A stretch of DNA of 64,000 nt, from the IMG/VR virus record IMGVR_UViG_3300007513_000001, positions 229,410 through 293,409 of that record; one strand, written 5' to 3'. The notes under the pieces are model-generated. The model had not been told where the DNA came from. It worked only from the letters and a program-made list of their open reading frames with translations, and did no database searches. Every line of letters begins with the position of its first letter. Position 1 is the first letter of the stretch. Below are positions 9,254 through 18,177 of the stretch, piece by piece. A program made the translations under genes and the position numbers.

Positions 9254-9909
9254 AAAGAGACGACCTAAAAGAATATTTCAGAAAATTTTATTCTGACACT
9301 CTTTTGACTGAGCAAGATGATTTATTTGGCGATGACGAGAACGCAGATGATGAAGCGGCAGACGAAGAAGGCGATACTGAAGCTGAAGAAGAAGCAGCTC
9401 CAGAAGAGGAAGAAGAAGAAGAAGTAGAAATCGAAGCTGGAGACGAAGTCCGATTAAACAAGCCGTTCGAAGCTCAGATAGATTCAATTCTTTCAGATTT
9501 CGAAATGGATGCTCTAAAGAGTGCACAAATTAATGTTGTTGATTCTGAAGTTACCGCAGAGTCTAAATGGTGGAAAAAATCTCTTTCTAATATTTTGCTT
9601 GAGCAAGATGAAGAAGAAGTTACTACAGAAGCTGATATAGATTTAGATTTATTTGCATCTGATGTTGCTAGGCTTATTGGAAATTATGATGTTTTGTTAG
9701 ACATGGAGTCGATTCTTTACAATAAAGCTAGAGAGCTGTTGGCGGTGAAGTATACTGAAGAAACTGCTGCTGCTTTCGATGAAATACTTCAAACTCGCTA
9801 CGGGATAGAGTTAGCAAAACCTGTAGACGGTAAAGTTTCTTCTCCCGGAGAAGAAGTACAGCCCCCTCTTTCTGTGGGCGCAACTGGTGGAGAGGGCGGA
9901 GCAGCGTGA
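9250..9909 (+). CDS. acidic hypothetical protein, probable virion component
   Basis: Very E/D-rich; LLTEQ and ILLEQ sites. Confidence 0.75.
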   Translation: MKRDDLKEYFRKFYSDTLLTEQDDLFGDDENADDEAADEEGDTEAEEEAAPEEEEEEEVEIEAGDEVRLNKPFEAQIDSILSDFEMDALKSAQINVVDSEVTAESKWWKKSLSNILLEQDEEEVTTEADIDLDLFASDVARLIGNYDVLLDMESILYNKARELLAVKYTEETAAAFDEILQTRYGIELAKPVDGKVSSPGEEVQPPLSVGATGGEGGAA

Positions 9910-10187
9910 CTAGCCCATTTCAAACTAGAAAATCTGTGCATGTTAATTTAACCACTGGTACTCATGCTGAGTTTAGAATGTCTCTTTTTGAAAGAGGTCT
10001 TTCGATGCAAGAAGTTTTTGAACATTTAGCATGTTCGATTGTTGACGGAGATTCTTACTTAAATAATCTTTTAGACAATCTTGAATATAATAAGAAATAT
10101 AGAGTAGGCACAAAGCAAATTATAAGCTCAGATTCTGAGACTATATTTGAGGAAATTAAAGCCAACAATACTTTTGGAGAAGATTAA
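9906..10187 (+). CDS. small hypothetical, possibly ribbon-helix-helix
   Basis: RKSVHVNLT strand followed by helices; GTG start overlaps upstream TGA. Confidence 0.6.
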   Translation: MTSPFQTRKSVHVNLTTGTHAEFRMSLFERGLSMQEVFEHLACSIVDGDSYLNNLLDNLEYNKKYRVGTKQIISSDSETIFEEIKANNTFGED

Positions 10188-10478
10188 ATGTTTGATTTTT
10201 TGTTTAGAGATAATAAGGCTCGCGAAAACGTAGTTAGGCTTTCTAAAGAAGTTGATTCTCTCAACAAAGAATTAAACGAAGTAAAAGAAGATTTAGATAA
10301 GATAAAAATTTCGTTAACAGAACTTCAAATGAGCTTAACTCTAGTTTTAGGTGCAACTCAAGGAGTGGCTGACGACTTAGCAGTGCTTTATACGACTGTT
10401 TTTGGATCTGAGCAGAAAAAAATATCAGCTTTGTCTTTTACAATGACAAAAACTGATGATGAAGACTACGAAAACTAA
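10188..10478 (+). CDS. coiled-coil hypothetical protein
   Basis: Heptad pattern; abuts upstream stop. Confidence 0.7.
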   Translation: MFDFLFRDNKARENVVRLSKEVDSLNKELNEVKEDLDKIKISLTELQMSLTLVLGATQGVADDLAVLYTTVFGSEQKKISALSFTMTKTDDEDYEN

Positions 10479-10501
10479 TATTTAAAAGTAGGAGGTGGTT
10501 T

Positions 10502-10693
10502 ATGAAGACACCACTTATGGATAAATTAGTTAATAAGTTAATTTCTAGGAAGTTTTTAGTTTTTCTTACGGCTACTGGACTTCTTACTTGGTCTGGATTA
10601 GATTCAGACACATGGGGCATGATCGCAATAGTCTACATTGGGGGACAATCAGTGATCGATGCTGCTTTAGCTTGGAAACATGGCGATAATTAG
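10502..10693 (+). CDS. small two-TM membrane protein (holin-like)
   Basis: SRKFLVFLTATGLL and WGMIAIVYIGGQ hydrophobic segments; SD GGAGG at 10491. Confidence 0.6.
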   Translation: MKTPLMDKLVNKLISRKFLVFLTATGLLTWSGLDSDTWGMIAIVYIGGQSVIDAALAWKHGDN

Positions 10694-11114
10694 TACAATG
10701 GCTACAGCGCTTTGGTGGATATCATTTCAAGCATGGCTTAAAAAAGCTTTGGCTTGGTGTAAGAAAAACTGGAAGCTTTTTGTGGGTATGGCTATCCCTA
10801 TATTGATAATGATTATCTCTAGGAAGCGAGTCGATCTCAAAAAAGTTTTAGATAGAACTCGAGAAGATTACGAAAAAGAATTAGATCTAATAGAAGAATC
10901 TAAACAAAAAGAGCTAGAGAAGCGAGATGAAGCTCGTAAAAATTATTTTTCTACTGTTGAAGAGATTAAAGAAAAATATGAAGAAGAAAGAAGCTCATTA
11001 GAGAAAGAAAAAACAGAAGCAATAGATAAACTTTTAGAAGAATACGCAGATGACCCCAAGGTTCTTACTGAGAAGATTAAAAGTTTAACAGGCGTAAGCA
11101 TATATAATAAATGA
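10680..11114 (+). CDS. membrane-anchored coiled-coil protein
   Basis: Hydrophobic LFVGMAIPILIMII followed by a charged helical tail. Confidence 0.7.
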   Translation: MAIISTMATALWWISFQAWLKKALAWCKKNWKLFVGMAIPILIMIISRKRVDLKKVLDRTREDYEKELDLIEESKQKELEKRDEARKNYFSTVEEIKEKYEEERSSLEKEKTEAIDKLLEEYADDPKVLTEKIKSLTGVSIYNK

Positions 11115-11133
11115 ACTAATGGAGCAAAATTAA

Positions 11134-12708
11134 ATGTCCTATTCTTTAAAAGACGTTTACGGTTTTAATAAAAAGAAATCTAACCCTAAAAAAGTCCGCG
11201 CAAGAGATGTTGCTAAGCTAATACTCAGAGAAGCTATTTTAATAGAACAAGAAGAATTAGCGAAACAAGTTCAGTCTGCTGGTGGAAAGCCTATTACTCT
11301 TGTTGTTCTTTATGGACCACCAGCGGCCGGAAAGGGAGCTGCGAAAAAAGATATAGGTACTTTCATAGGAGCTTCTGGCGAGAAAGATTTTGAGAAATGG
11401 CTAGAAGACATTGGAGACGAAGGAAACAAGCATTTCCAAGAAGAAGATGCCGCCATGGTAAATATAACTACAAAGCAAATGGCACCTGCAGTGTATGGAG
11501 AAATTTCTAAGAGAGTCTCTGCCGGAGAAAATTTTGACGACGTAGTTCAAGAATATTTTCATGTAAATGAATCTGGCAAAAAGTTTTCAGTTGCTGATAT
11601 TTTAAGCAAATCAGCTTTCGATAAACTTGAAAAGTCTGGAGGCGCAGAAGAATTTGCAAATTTCCCTCAAACCCAGGCATTCTTTACACAAGCTAGAGGT
11701 TTTTCTAAGCCTGTTGAGGGTTTATCTGACGACGTTAATAAAATGATGGGCCCAAGTGACGATTCACCCACACTTGGCATTCGAGCAGCCGCCGCTGGCA
11801 GATACATGAAAGATGTAAAATCGGAACTTCAGGGAATGTTAAGCACTGAAGAAATCGGATCTACTCCCTATGCCACAGTCTATTTAGCGGATCAAGCTGG
11901 AGAGTCTACAGCTGATACAGCTAGAATTGCAGCTCTTGGAAAAATGAAAGAAGATCCAGAATTTGACGCTCTTAAAATAATCGGTGTATATATTCATCAA
12001 CCAGCTGAAAGAACAAGGATAGCCAATCTTCATAGAGCATCTACTGGCGGCCGCCGAGTTGCTCAAAAAGAAGTTGACCGTATCTTTAAAGCGGGTCCAG
12101 AGATCGGAGCTGATGGAAACCTTGTAAATAAAGGAGCTGCTCTCGAAGCAATGGAAGGCGCTGGATTTGATCAAATTCACTTATACCACCCGCCAGACCC
12201 ATTTGATCCTGAGGGAGTTGAAGTTAATGGGCGCCCAATAGGTAATGCTATTTGCGAACCTCTTGGATCCGGCAAGGGCCACTTAGATATCGAGGGCTGT
12301 GATCAGGAATCTGAGGGATCAGCGACAGGCGCAAAATCATTGAAGGGGATGGAAAAATACGCAGTTAAGCAAGCTAAAATTCCTGATGAAGAAGTTGAAG
12401 CAGCCGGTGGCGGAATTCCCGAAGATTTAGAAGCTGAAGAAAAAGAAAAGATAATTGCTGCTTTTAACAAAATGGGCTTCAGCGGAGTTTCAAGTGGAGA
12501 TTTAGACAGCTACCTTACTACTTTAGCACCACCCAACGTAAGAGGTGCTTCTAAGCATGGAAAAGTCCCGTGGGCTGGTGATTTATTTGGAAAAGGAACA
12601 AATCCAACTGAGAAAATCACGCTTAAAGGAGAAAATGCCAGAAGTCAAAAGACTCAAGACGATGTTCTTCTTGAAAGGTGGCAACGCCTCGCGGGTTTAC
12701 TTAAGTAG
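11134..12708 (+). CDS. P-loop kinase, zeta-toxin/AAA_33-like, with large insertions
   Basis: VVLYGPPAAGKG Walker A; GVYIHQPAERTRIANLHRASTGGRRV resembles the zeta-like lid; LILREAILIEQ leader; LERWQRLAGL tail. Confidence 0.6.
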   Translation: MSYSLKDVYGFNKKKSNPKKVRARDVAKLILREAILIEQEELAKQVQSAGGKPITLVVLYGPPAAGKGAAKKDIGTFIGASGEKDFEKWLEDIGDEGNKHFQEEDAAMVNITTKQMAPAVYGEISKRVSAGENFDDVVQEYFHVNESGKKFSVADILSKSAFDKLEKSGGAEEFANFPQTQAFFTQARGFSKPVEGLSDDVNKMMGPSDDSPTLGIRAAAAGRYMKDVKSELQGMLSTEEIGSTPYATVYLADQAGESTADTARIAALGKMKEDPEFDALKIIGVYIHQPAERTRIANLHRASTGGRRVAQKEVDRIFKAGPEIGADGNLVNKGAALEAMEGAGFDQIHLYHPPDPFDPEGVEVNGRPIGNAICEPLGSGKGHLDIEGCDQESEGSATGAKSLKGMEKYAVKQAKIPDEEVEAAGGGIPEDLEAEEKEKIIAAFNKMGFSGVSSGDLDSYLTTLAPPNVRGASKHGKVPWAGDLFGKGTNPTEKITLKGENARSQKTQDDVLLERWQRLAGLLK

Positions 12709-12729
12709 CTAGAAGTTTAATATTTTCAT

Positions 12730-13179
12730 ATGATTATGAAAAAAATATTTGCGGGAATAATAAGCCTTCAGCTTATTTTCATTCCTGTTTCTGCTCACGC
12801 TGAAGAGCTAATCGCTAACGTCAATGAAGGAGATCCCGCACCATTTAGTGGTACGCTGTTTAATCCAGAAGCTAGCGCTAGAGTAATAATAGAGTTGGAG
12901 CACGCAAATGCAGCTTGCGACCTTAGAATATCAGAGGCAACTGATAGTTTAACTGCTCGCCATACTTTTGAATTAGAAGTACTTCAATCTTCGCTAACAA
13001 GTTGCAATGATTTATGTACGGCTAGATTAGATATTCGACAGAATCAAATTGATTTTCTAAACCAGGAATTAACTAAGCAAAAGCCAGCAAACCAAACGCT
13101 TTATTTTATAATTGGGGCAGTGCTGGGAGTTGGCTTAACTTTGGGTACTTCTTACGCATATTCAAATATTGTAAATTAG
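12730..13179 (+). CDS. exported/membrane coiled-coil protein
   Basis: Signal peptide, EGDPAPFSGTLF motif, C-terminal TM helix. Confidence 0.7.
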   Translation: MIMKKIFAGIISLQLIFIPVSAHAEELIANVNEGDPAPFSGTLFNPEASARVIIELEHANAACDLRISEATDSLTARHTFELEVLQSSLTSCNDLCTARLDIRQNQIDFLNQELTKQKPANQTLYFIIGAVLGVGLTLGTSYAYSNIVN

Positions 13180-13217
13180 CTTTCATCTACATACTTAGTT
13201 ATGTTCACGGAGTCATT

Positions 13218-14258
13218 ATGCCCAAGAGTAAAAGATCCAACTTATTAAAAACGATAGACAGCATTCTGTTCGAAGACGTATGGCAAAAGTACGGTTCCGA
13301 ATATATGTCTCATCCAATGGATCAAAAAGATTTTGAAGATACCACAGTACCACCAAGCTTGCCCATACAAGCTTTGGATCAAATGGCAACTCAGCTTACA
13401 GTAGAGCGTCCGCCAGTTGAAGATCCCGATTATATTCCTGATGGCGTAGAAGAGCTTTCTAGATCTGCTAGCACCCTTGCGCAGCAAGTTCCGAGAGATC
13501 AAGTCGCTTTTTTCTACGAGAAGATAAAAAAAGATTTAGAAGTTGCAATTGAAAATGAAAACAATCCAGAAACAGTAACTACTAAAAAAGAAGAAGAAGA
13601 GGCGGAAGAAGCTTCGCAGGCAGTTGAAAAAATGGACGAAACTAAAAACTTAAGAAGATATTTAAAAGGTTTGCTAAAAGAACAAGGTCGAGGACCTTCT
13701 GATTGGTCTCAGTTTAAACTGGGTAAACATTATGATGAAGATGAGCCAGAGGAATGGGAACTAGAAGACGAAGATCCACAACCCGCTGGAGGCTCTAATA
13801 AAGATACTATAAAGGGCAAACACATAGCAAAATACTACGGGAAAGCTGGTCCATCAGGAGTAAACGTATCTAGCGATAGATTAATGCAGAATTTTCTCGC
13901 CCCACTTTTTAGCGTACCCTCAGAAGATTTAAGAGATGCAATGGATTATATTCGTTATTTCTATCGCGAGCACGCTACCGGAGAAGAGCCACAAGGATCT
14001 GAGCAGTCATTTGTGAGTTATGTTCTTAAAAAAGTGGTGAAAGATTTAGTTAAAAAGAATCCTGACATAACTCAAACTCTTTTGCCTGCGGTTGTACAGC
14101 ACGTTAAAGAAATGCCAGATAAACAATTTTCAAAACTCATAGACAAAGCTTCGAAAGAATCTTCTAGTGAAATTAAAGCTAGGGGAGAACTTGCGGATAC
14201 TTTAGAAAGAGAAGATCCAGAACAATTTGAGGTCCTTCAAGATTTAGGGCTAGCTTAA
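13218..14258 (+). CDS. hypothetical protein, probable virion component
   Basis: 346 aa; ILFED and internal NLRRYLKGLLKEQ motifs. Confidence 0.75.
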   Translation: MPKSKRSNLLKTIDSILFEDVWQKYGSEYMSHPMDQKDFEDTTVPPSLPIQALDQMATQLTVERPPVEDPDYIPDGVEELSRSASTLAQQVPRDQVAFFYEKIKKDLEVAIENENNPETVTTKKEEEEAEEASQAVEKMDETKNLRRYLKGLLKEQGRGPSDWSQFKLGKHYDEDEPEEWELEDEDPQPAGGSNKDTIKGKHIAKYYGKAGPSGVNVSSDRLMQNFLAPLFSVPSEDLRDAMDYIRYFYREHATGEEPQGSEQSFVSYVLKKVVKDLVKKNPDITQTLLPAVVQHVKEMPDKQFSKLIDKASKESSSEIKARGELADTLEREDPEQFEVLQDLGLA

Positions 14259-14638
14259 TGAACCTTCAAGATGTCTTAAAAGAGTATTTTGAAACTGAAG
14301 ATTCTCCAAGGTCTTCTTTGAATGAGAGCATGGGCATGTTTTGTTCAGTTCCGGTGCAGCCAACGCAAAGAGACGATTGGGAAGTTGTGGCTAGTCCAAA
14401 CCGCTTGAATAAAACATATGAATTTGAAAATTCGCAAATTCTTAAAGCTTTTTTACTAGAAATGCTAGACTATCAAGAGTCTGTTTCTCATCATGGTAAA
14501 TTTATTGTAGATTATCCAAAGGTCACCGTAGAAGTATATACACATGATCTAGACGATGTCACTGAAATAGATTTGGAATGGTCAAAAATGGCTGACAATA
14601 TATACAGAGACGTTAATGACTATGCCCCAAGATACTGA
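14258..14638 (+). CDS. pterin-4a-carbinolamine dehydratase (PCD)-like
   Basis: W...LNKTYEF...ESVSHHGKFIVDYPKVTVEVYTHD: HH...TH triad; N-terminal extension ending SLNES. Confidence 0.8.
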   Translation: MNLQDVLKEYFETEDSPRSSLNESMGMFCSVPVQPTQRDDWEVVASPNRLNKTYEFENSQILKAFLLEMLDYQESVSHHGKFIVDYPKVTVEVYTHDLDDVTEIDLEWSKMADNIYRDVNDYAPRY

Positions 14639-15032
14639 TCCAGAGTTGTCTAGAGTCCTTTCGAATCCAGACAACTTGATAATAAGCGAGTCTCTTCTAG
14701 AGAGGCTTCCGACAAAAAAAGAGCCCCTACTACAAAGATGCAGTTTAAAAATTAACGACGCTTTGTATTCTGGTTTTTGTTTGCAGATAAATTTTCAAAA
14801 AGATAAAGCAAAAATTTCTATAGAGCTAGAATCTAATGAGCCTAAATTTAAATTTATAGATTCTAATTTTCCAAATTCTCTCTTTCAGCACCGCGTTTCT
14901 ATTACGTTAGACGAAGAAGAAAAAATCATAACTGGTAAACTGCTTGAAGTTTCTTATGATTTATCTCTAAGCTCTAAATGTATAATGTCGTTAGAGATAT
15001 ATAATTACCAATTGGAGGGTCATCATGGCTGA
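14616..15032 (+). CDS. hypothetical protein
   Basis: ORF packed in operon. Confidence 0.65.
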   Translation: MTMPQDTDPELSRVLSNPDNLIISESLLERLPTKKEPLLQRCSLKINDALYSGFCLQINFQKDKAKISIELESNEPKFKFIDSNFPNSLFQHRVSITLDEEEKIITGKLLEVSYDLSLSSKCIMSLEIYNYQLEGHHG

Positions 15033-15195
15033 TGAATTCGATTTTTCTAAATTCGTGAAAGATATAGAAAAAAGAGAGAACGAAGCTAAAAAGAAAAGGC
15101 TTCAACATCAAGAAGGTCAAAAAGACCATCCTATTAGAAAGCTGAATATTCTCACTAGAGAACTATGGCAAAATCGTATTAAATGGAGAAAATAA
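15025..15195 (+). CDS. small hypothetical protein (56 aa, not in ORF track)
   Basis: ATG 15025 after GGAGGG; MADEFDFSKFVKDIEKRE...RIKWRK; TAA overlaps next ATG. Confidence 0.7.
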   Translation: MADEFDFSKFVKDIEKRENEAKKKRLQHQEGQKDHPIRKLNILTRELWQNRIKWRK

Positions 15196-15845
15196 TGAAT
15201 TTTTCTCAATTAGACGAAATAACAAAATCTTCAGTAACGCAAGCTATTAAAGAATTATACACTCAGCTGCTAGAAGAAAAAGAACAAACAACACAACATA
15301 AAACATCTTCTGAAATAGATGACCTCAATCTTAGAGCTAAAAAAGAAGCTCAATCTACCGATGAAGAAGAAGAAGAAGAAAAAGTAGTAGTAAAATCTAC
15401 ATCTACTGAAAAAGCTTCTTCAGAAGAAAAACCTGAAATCGTCGTTCCTGAAAAGCTGCCTGACGTTTTAGAGCCAGAATCTATCATTAAATCTATAAAC
15501 GTGATAAGATCTGGAAACTCTTTAAAAGATGCGGGCGTTCAAGAGAGATTCCAAATTTATTTTGATAAATTAGATCCCGCAGAAAAAGTAGCTCTTAAGG
15601 GATTTTTAGACGGGCTCGCCCAAGTTATAGCTGGTGATATACCTGGACAAGATGCTGTTGCACCTTCGTCTCCGCCATATAACGTCTCAATGAAAGACAA
15701 ACCTTTACAAAAAAAATCTAGCGCTAAATCATCTCCAGATGCTGGGCTTGCTGTCGGCAATAGCCAACCAGACGCTCCTATTATTGTCGGAGAAAGTGCT
15801 AATAAACAATGGGTTAAAAATGTATTCTCAAAAAATAAAAAATAG
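15195..15845 (+). CDS. acidic hypothetical protein
   Basis: ATG overlapping upstream TAA; QLLEE site. Confidence 0.7.
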   Translation: MNFSQLDEITKSSVTQAIKELYTQLLEEKEQTTQHKTSSEIDDLNLRAKKEAQSTDEEEEEEKVVVKSTSTEKASSEEKPEIVVPEKLPDVLEPESIIKSINVIRSGNSLKDAGVQERFQIYFDKLDPAEKVALKGFLDGLAQVIAGDIPGQDAVAPSSPPYNVSMKDKPLQKKSSAKSSPDAGLAVGNSQPDAPIIVGESANKQWVKNVFSKNKK

Positions 15846-15852
15846 TCTTTTT

Positions 15853-15981
15853 GGCGGGCGGCCGTTCCTATCTCAGGTCGACCATAGGTTAAGCTACATT
15901 TCGCTACTTTCTGGTGCTTCTCCCAGCGACTTAAGTCGCTATCAACCCCAAGCAGGATAGTTAGCTAGCCGGTCGTCCGCC
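15853..15981 (+). ncRNA. candidate small structured RNA, family unknown
   Basis: GC-rich intergenic island; GGCGGGCGGCCG (15853-64) pairs with CGGUCGUCCGCC (15970-81) with two G-U pairs on + (A-C mismatches on -); internal CCUAU/AUAGG and AGCGAC-UUAA-GUCGCU hairpins. Confidence 0.5.
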
Positions 15982-16002
15982 TCTTATATAGTAGATAAAA
16001 TA

Positions 16003-16263
16003 ATGAAAACTCTTAGAAAACTAATAAAAGAAATGATTGCCCAAGAAGATTCTTGGAGAAGGGTGGATGGCTCTGTAGTTCCGTTTGGCTGCCCAGAGTG
16101 CGTTGATGATATTACTGGTAGAATAGAAGATACTTCTACGCTAAGAGATCAAATACCTAAGGGGTCTGCAGATCGCGCTCATTTAAATGGCGTGTTAGCT
16201 TTTTTAAGAAAAAAGAACAGACAAGCTCAAAAACTTACGCATAATTTTGAGGATAATCTGTAA
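16003..16263 (+). CDS. small protein with leader MKTLRKLIKEMIAQE and CxxC
   Basis: Leader motif; GCPECV. Confidence 0.7.
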   Translation: MKTLRKLIKEMIAQEDSWRRVDGSVVPFGCPECVDDITGRIEDTSTLRDQIPKGSADRAHLNGVLAFLRKKNRQAQKLTHNFEDNL

Positions 16264-16288
16264 AAAACTCCCTTTTTTATGGTATAAT
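16259..16288 (+). promoter_or_regulatory. conserved promoter TGTAAAAA-N10-TTRTGGTATAAT, copy 1
   Basis: Identical spacing in four intergenic copies; upstream of 16314. Confidence 0.75.
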
Positions 16289-16313
16289 ATATCTATAATA
16301 AGGAGTAACGTCT

Positions 16314-17594
16314 ATGGGTGGTGTAGGTAAACATCTGAGTCATACTTGGGAAAACCTTGATATGACATTTGGAGAACTAAAAGGAATTCTTTCTGAGGCA
16401 AGTCTGGGAACACTGGAGGTTGTCGAGAAGTTTGACGGAGTTAACTTGCACTTTTGCGTTGACTCTCGTGGAATTCCACGATTCGCAAGAAACGATACGC
16501 ATAAAATGGGCGGCGGTCTCAATTTGAGAGAGCTTAGAGATTTCTTTGAAGGTCACCCAGCCCAGTCAACATTTGTGCGGGGTGCTACGGCAATTTGCGA
16601 GATGCTCACCGATGTTTGGTGGCCTCTTGGATTCACACGAAGAAATTGGGTTAATTGTGACGTCATCGACACAAAGAGGCCTCAATTACTTAATTATTCT
16701 CGCCCCGCAATTACTCTTCACGAAGTCGCTTCTTTTGATTCTTCTGGCAAAAAGTTAAACGTTAGTGAAAGCGTCCAAAATCAATTTAAGCGACTCATAG
16801 AATCAATGCCAGCAGCAGTCTCTTTTGATGGAGAAGAATTCGACGTTGTTGGGCCTCAAAAGATAGAGCTCAATCCGGTTGCTGGCACAGAAATCTATGA
16901 TAGCGTGCTGCAGGCTATTTCTCACTGTCAATCAGCGACGCAAGTTAATAACGAAGATACTCTTCGAGAGTTTGCTTATCGCTCTATTTACGCTGGAGTT
17001 ACAAGCCAGATGAATATTTCAGAAAGACGAGCTAAAGATCTTGCTAATCTCATTGTTGGATATGACTCTCCAAAACTAGTAGAGATTAAAAAAGGTTTAA
17101 ATCCCTCAGTAGCAAAACTAGTTTCTTCTGTTGGAAGAGCTAACGTAAGAGGCAAAGTAATAGCTGAAGCAATCCTTCCTATTGAAACCGCAATATCAAC
17201 CCTTGGATCTTATATGCTGGATGGAGTATCTTCGGTACTTGTAGATAATCCTTCTGGAGAATGCGATAGAATCAAACTTGAATACATTTCAGCGCGCACT
17301 GTTTGCGAAAGCATTGATGATGGATATCAAGCACAAAGAATGGAGATCGTAGAAAAACATGTAAGAAAAATAGAGCTTGAAAATTATTCTTTGGAAAATT
17401 CGACATTTCAAGGCTTTGCAATTGAGGGTGTTGTTTTCGAACAATCCGGACAAAAATACAAACTGACAGGCCACTTCGCTGCAATCAATCAAATAGTCGG
17501 AACCACTCGCTACGGCCGAGGAAAAATTCCTGCTCTTGATGGAAACTCAGCAGAAAAGCAATATTCTATTTTAGAGAATCTGTCAGTCGGATAA
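16314..17594 (+). CDS. ligase-like (KxDG) nucleotidyltransferase of unknown substrate
   Basis: VVEKFDGVN motif I with adenylatable Lys; IEGVVF motif IV; YKL motif V; no OB domain recognised. Confidence 0.55.
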   Translation: MGGVGKHLSHTWENLDMTFGELKGILSEASLGTLEVVEKFDGVNLHFCVDSRGIPRFARNDTHKMGGGLNLRELRDFFEGHPAQSTFVRGATAICEMLTDVWWPLGFTRRNWVNCDVIDTKRPQLLNYSRPAITLHEVASFDSSGKKLNVSESVQNQFKRLIESMPAAVSFDGEEFDVVGPQKIELNPVAGTEIYDSVLQAISHCQSATQVNNEDTLREFAYRSIYAGVTSQMNISERRAKDLANLIVGYDSPKLVEIKKGLNPSVAKLVSSVGRANVRGKVIAEAILPIETAISTLGSYMLDGVSSVLVDNPSGECDRIKLEYISARTVCESIDDGYQAQRMEIVEKHVRKIELENYSLENSTFQGFAIEGVVFEQSGQKYKLTGHFAAINQIVGTTRYGRGKIPALDGNSAEKQYSILENLSVG

Positions 17595-18158
17595 TAGAGC
17601 TTCTACGTTTTGATCTACGGTGTATTGAGAATAGCCTCTGTGGGTGTACACTAGTTCCATGTCTTCGTTAATGTAGAAAAAGGTTGGCCAACTTTCAAGA
17701 GGCCACCCGTGGGGATCTGAGGGCTTAAGTAAACTTCTGTTACCAGCTAATACTGGTTCTGATATATTAAAAGTTTCTGCCCACCAAGTCAAATTGTTTG
17801 TTGTTGGATCTTCTCCAAAACTATTTTCTATTAATACAGTTATGTAATTTATTTCTGGAAAAGCAGCTACTGTTTCATCTATTCCACCAGCTGCAGATTG
17901 ACAAGGGCCACACCACATAGCAGAAAAATCTAATACGATTGGCTCTCCATAAAAATCATACAAATTAACTTCGTTTCCGTTTTGATCTTTTAGAGAAAAA
18001 TTGCAAGGATGACTCCCCACTTCAGCATCACAAGAATCCCAAGTTGCAAATGGGTATGGGTCTTGTTCACCGTCATCGATAATAACTGGAGTGGGTCCGC
18101 ACCCATTACATCCGATCAGGCAAGTTGCTAAAATAATTGCAGAAAGTATTTTTTTCAT
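17583..18158 (-). CDS. TlpA/redoxin-family lipoprotein
   Basis: Lipobox LIGC; DFSAMWCGPC; SWPTFFYI; start moved to ATG at 18158 after an SD. Confidence 0.85.
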   Translation of the reverse strand: MKKILSAIILATCLIGCNGCGPTPVIIDDGEQDPYPFATWDSCDAEVGSHPCNFSLKDQNGNEVNLYDFYGEPIVLDFSAMWCGPCQSAAGGIDETVAAFPEINYITVLIENSFGEDPTTNNLTWWAETFNISEPVLAGNRSLLKPSDPHGWPLESWPTFFYINEDMELVYTHRGYSQYTVDQNVEALLSD

Positions 18159-18177
18159 AATGTCCTCTTTGTTTTTT

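Noticed and set aside
7324-9526. Minus-strand ORFs 7324, 7573, 7876, 8348, 9278 and similar short antisense ORFs elsewhere
   Set aside because: Shadows of longer plus-strand genes, low-complexity S/L/F-rich translations, no SD
15853-15981. 5S rRNA, SRP RNA, tRNA or terminator identity for the small structured element
   Set aside because: TCAGGTC resembles SRP but the GNRA loop and AGCAG are missing; no 5S loop-C/E motifs, T-loop, CCA or U-tract
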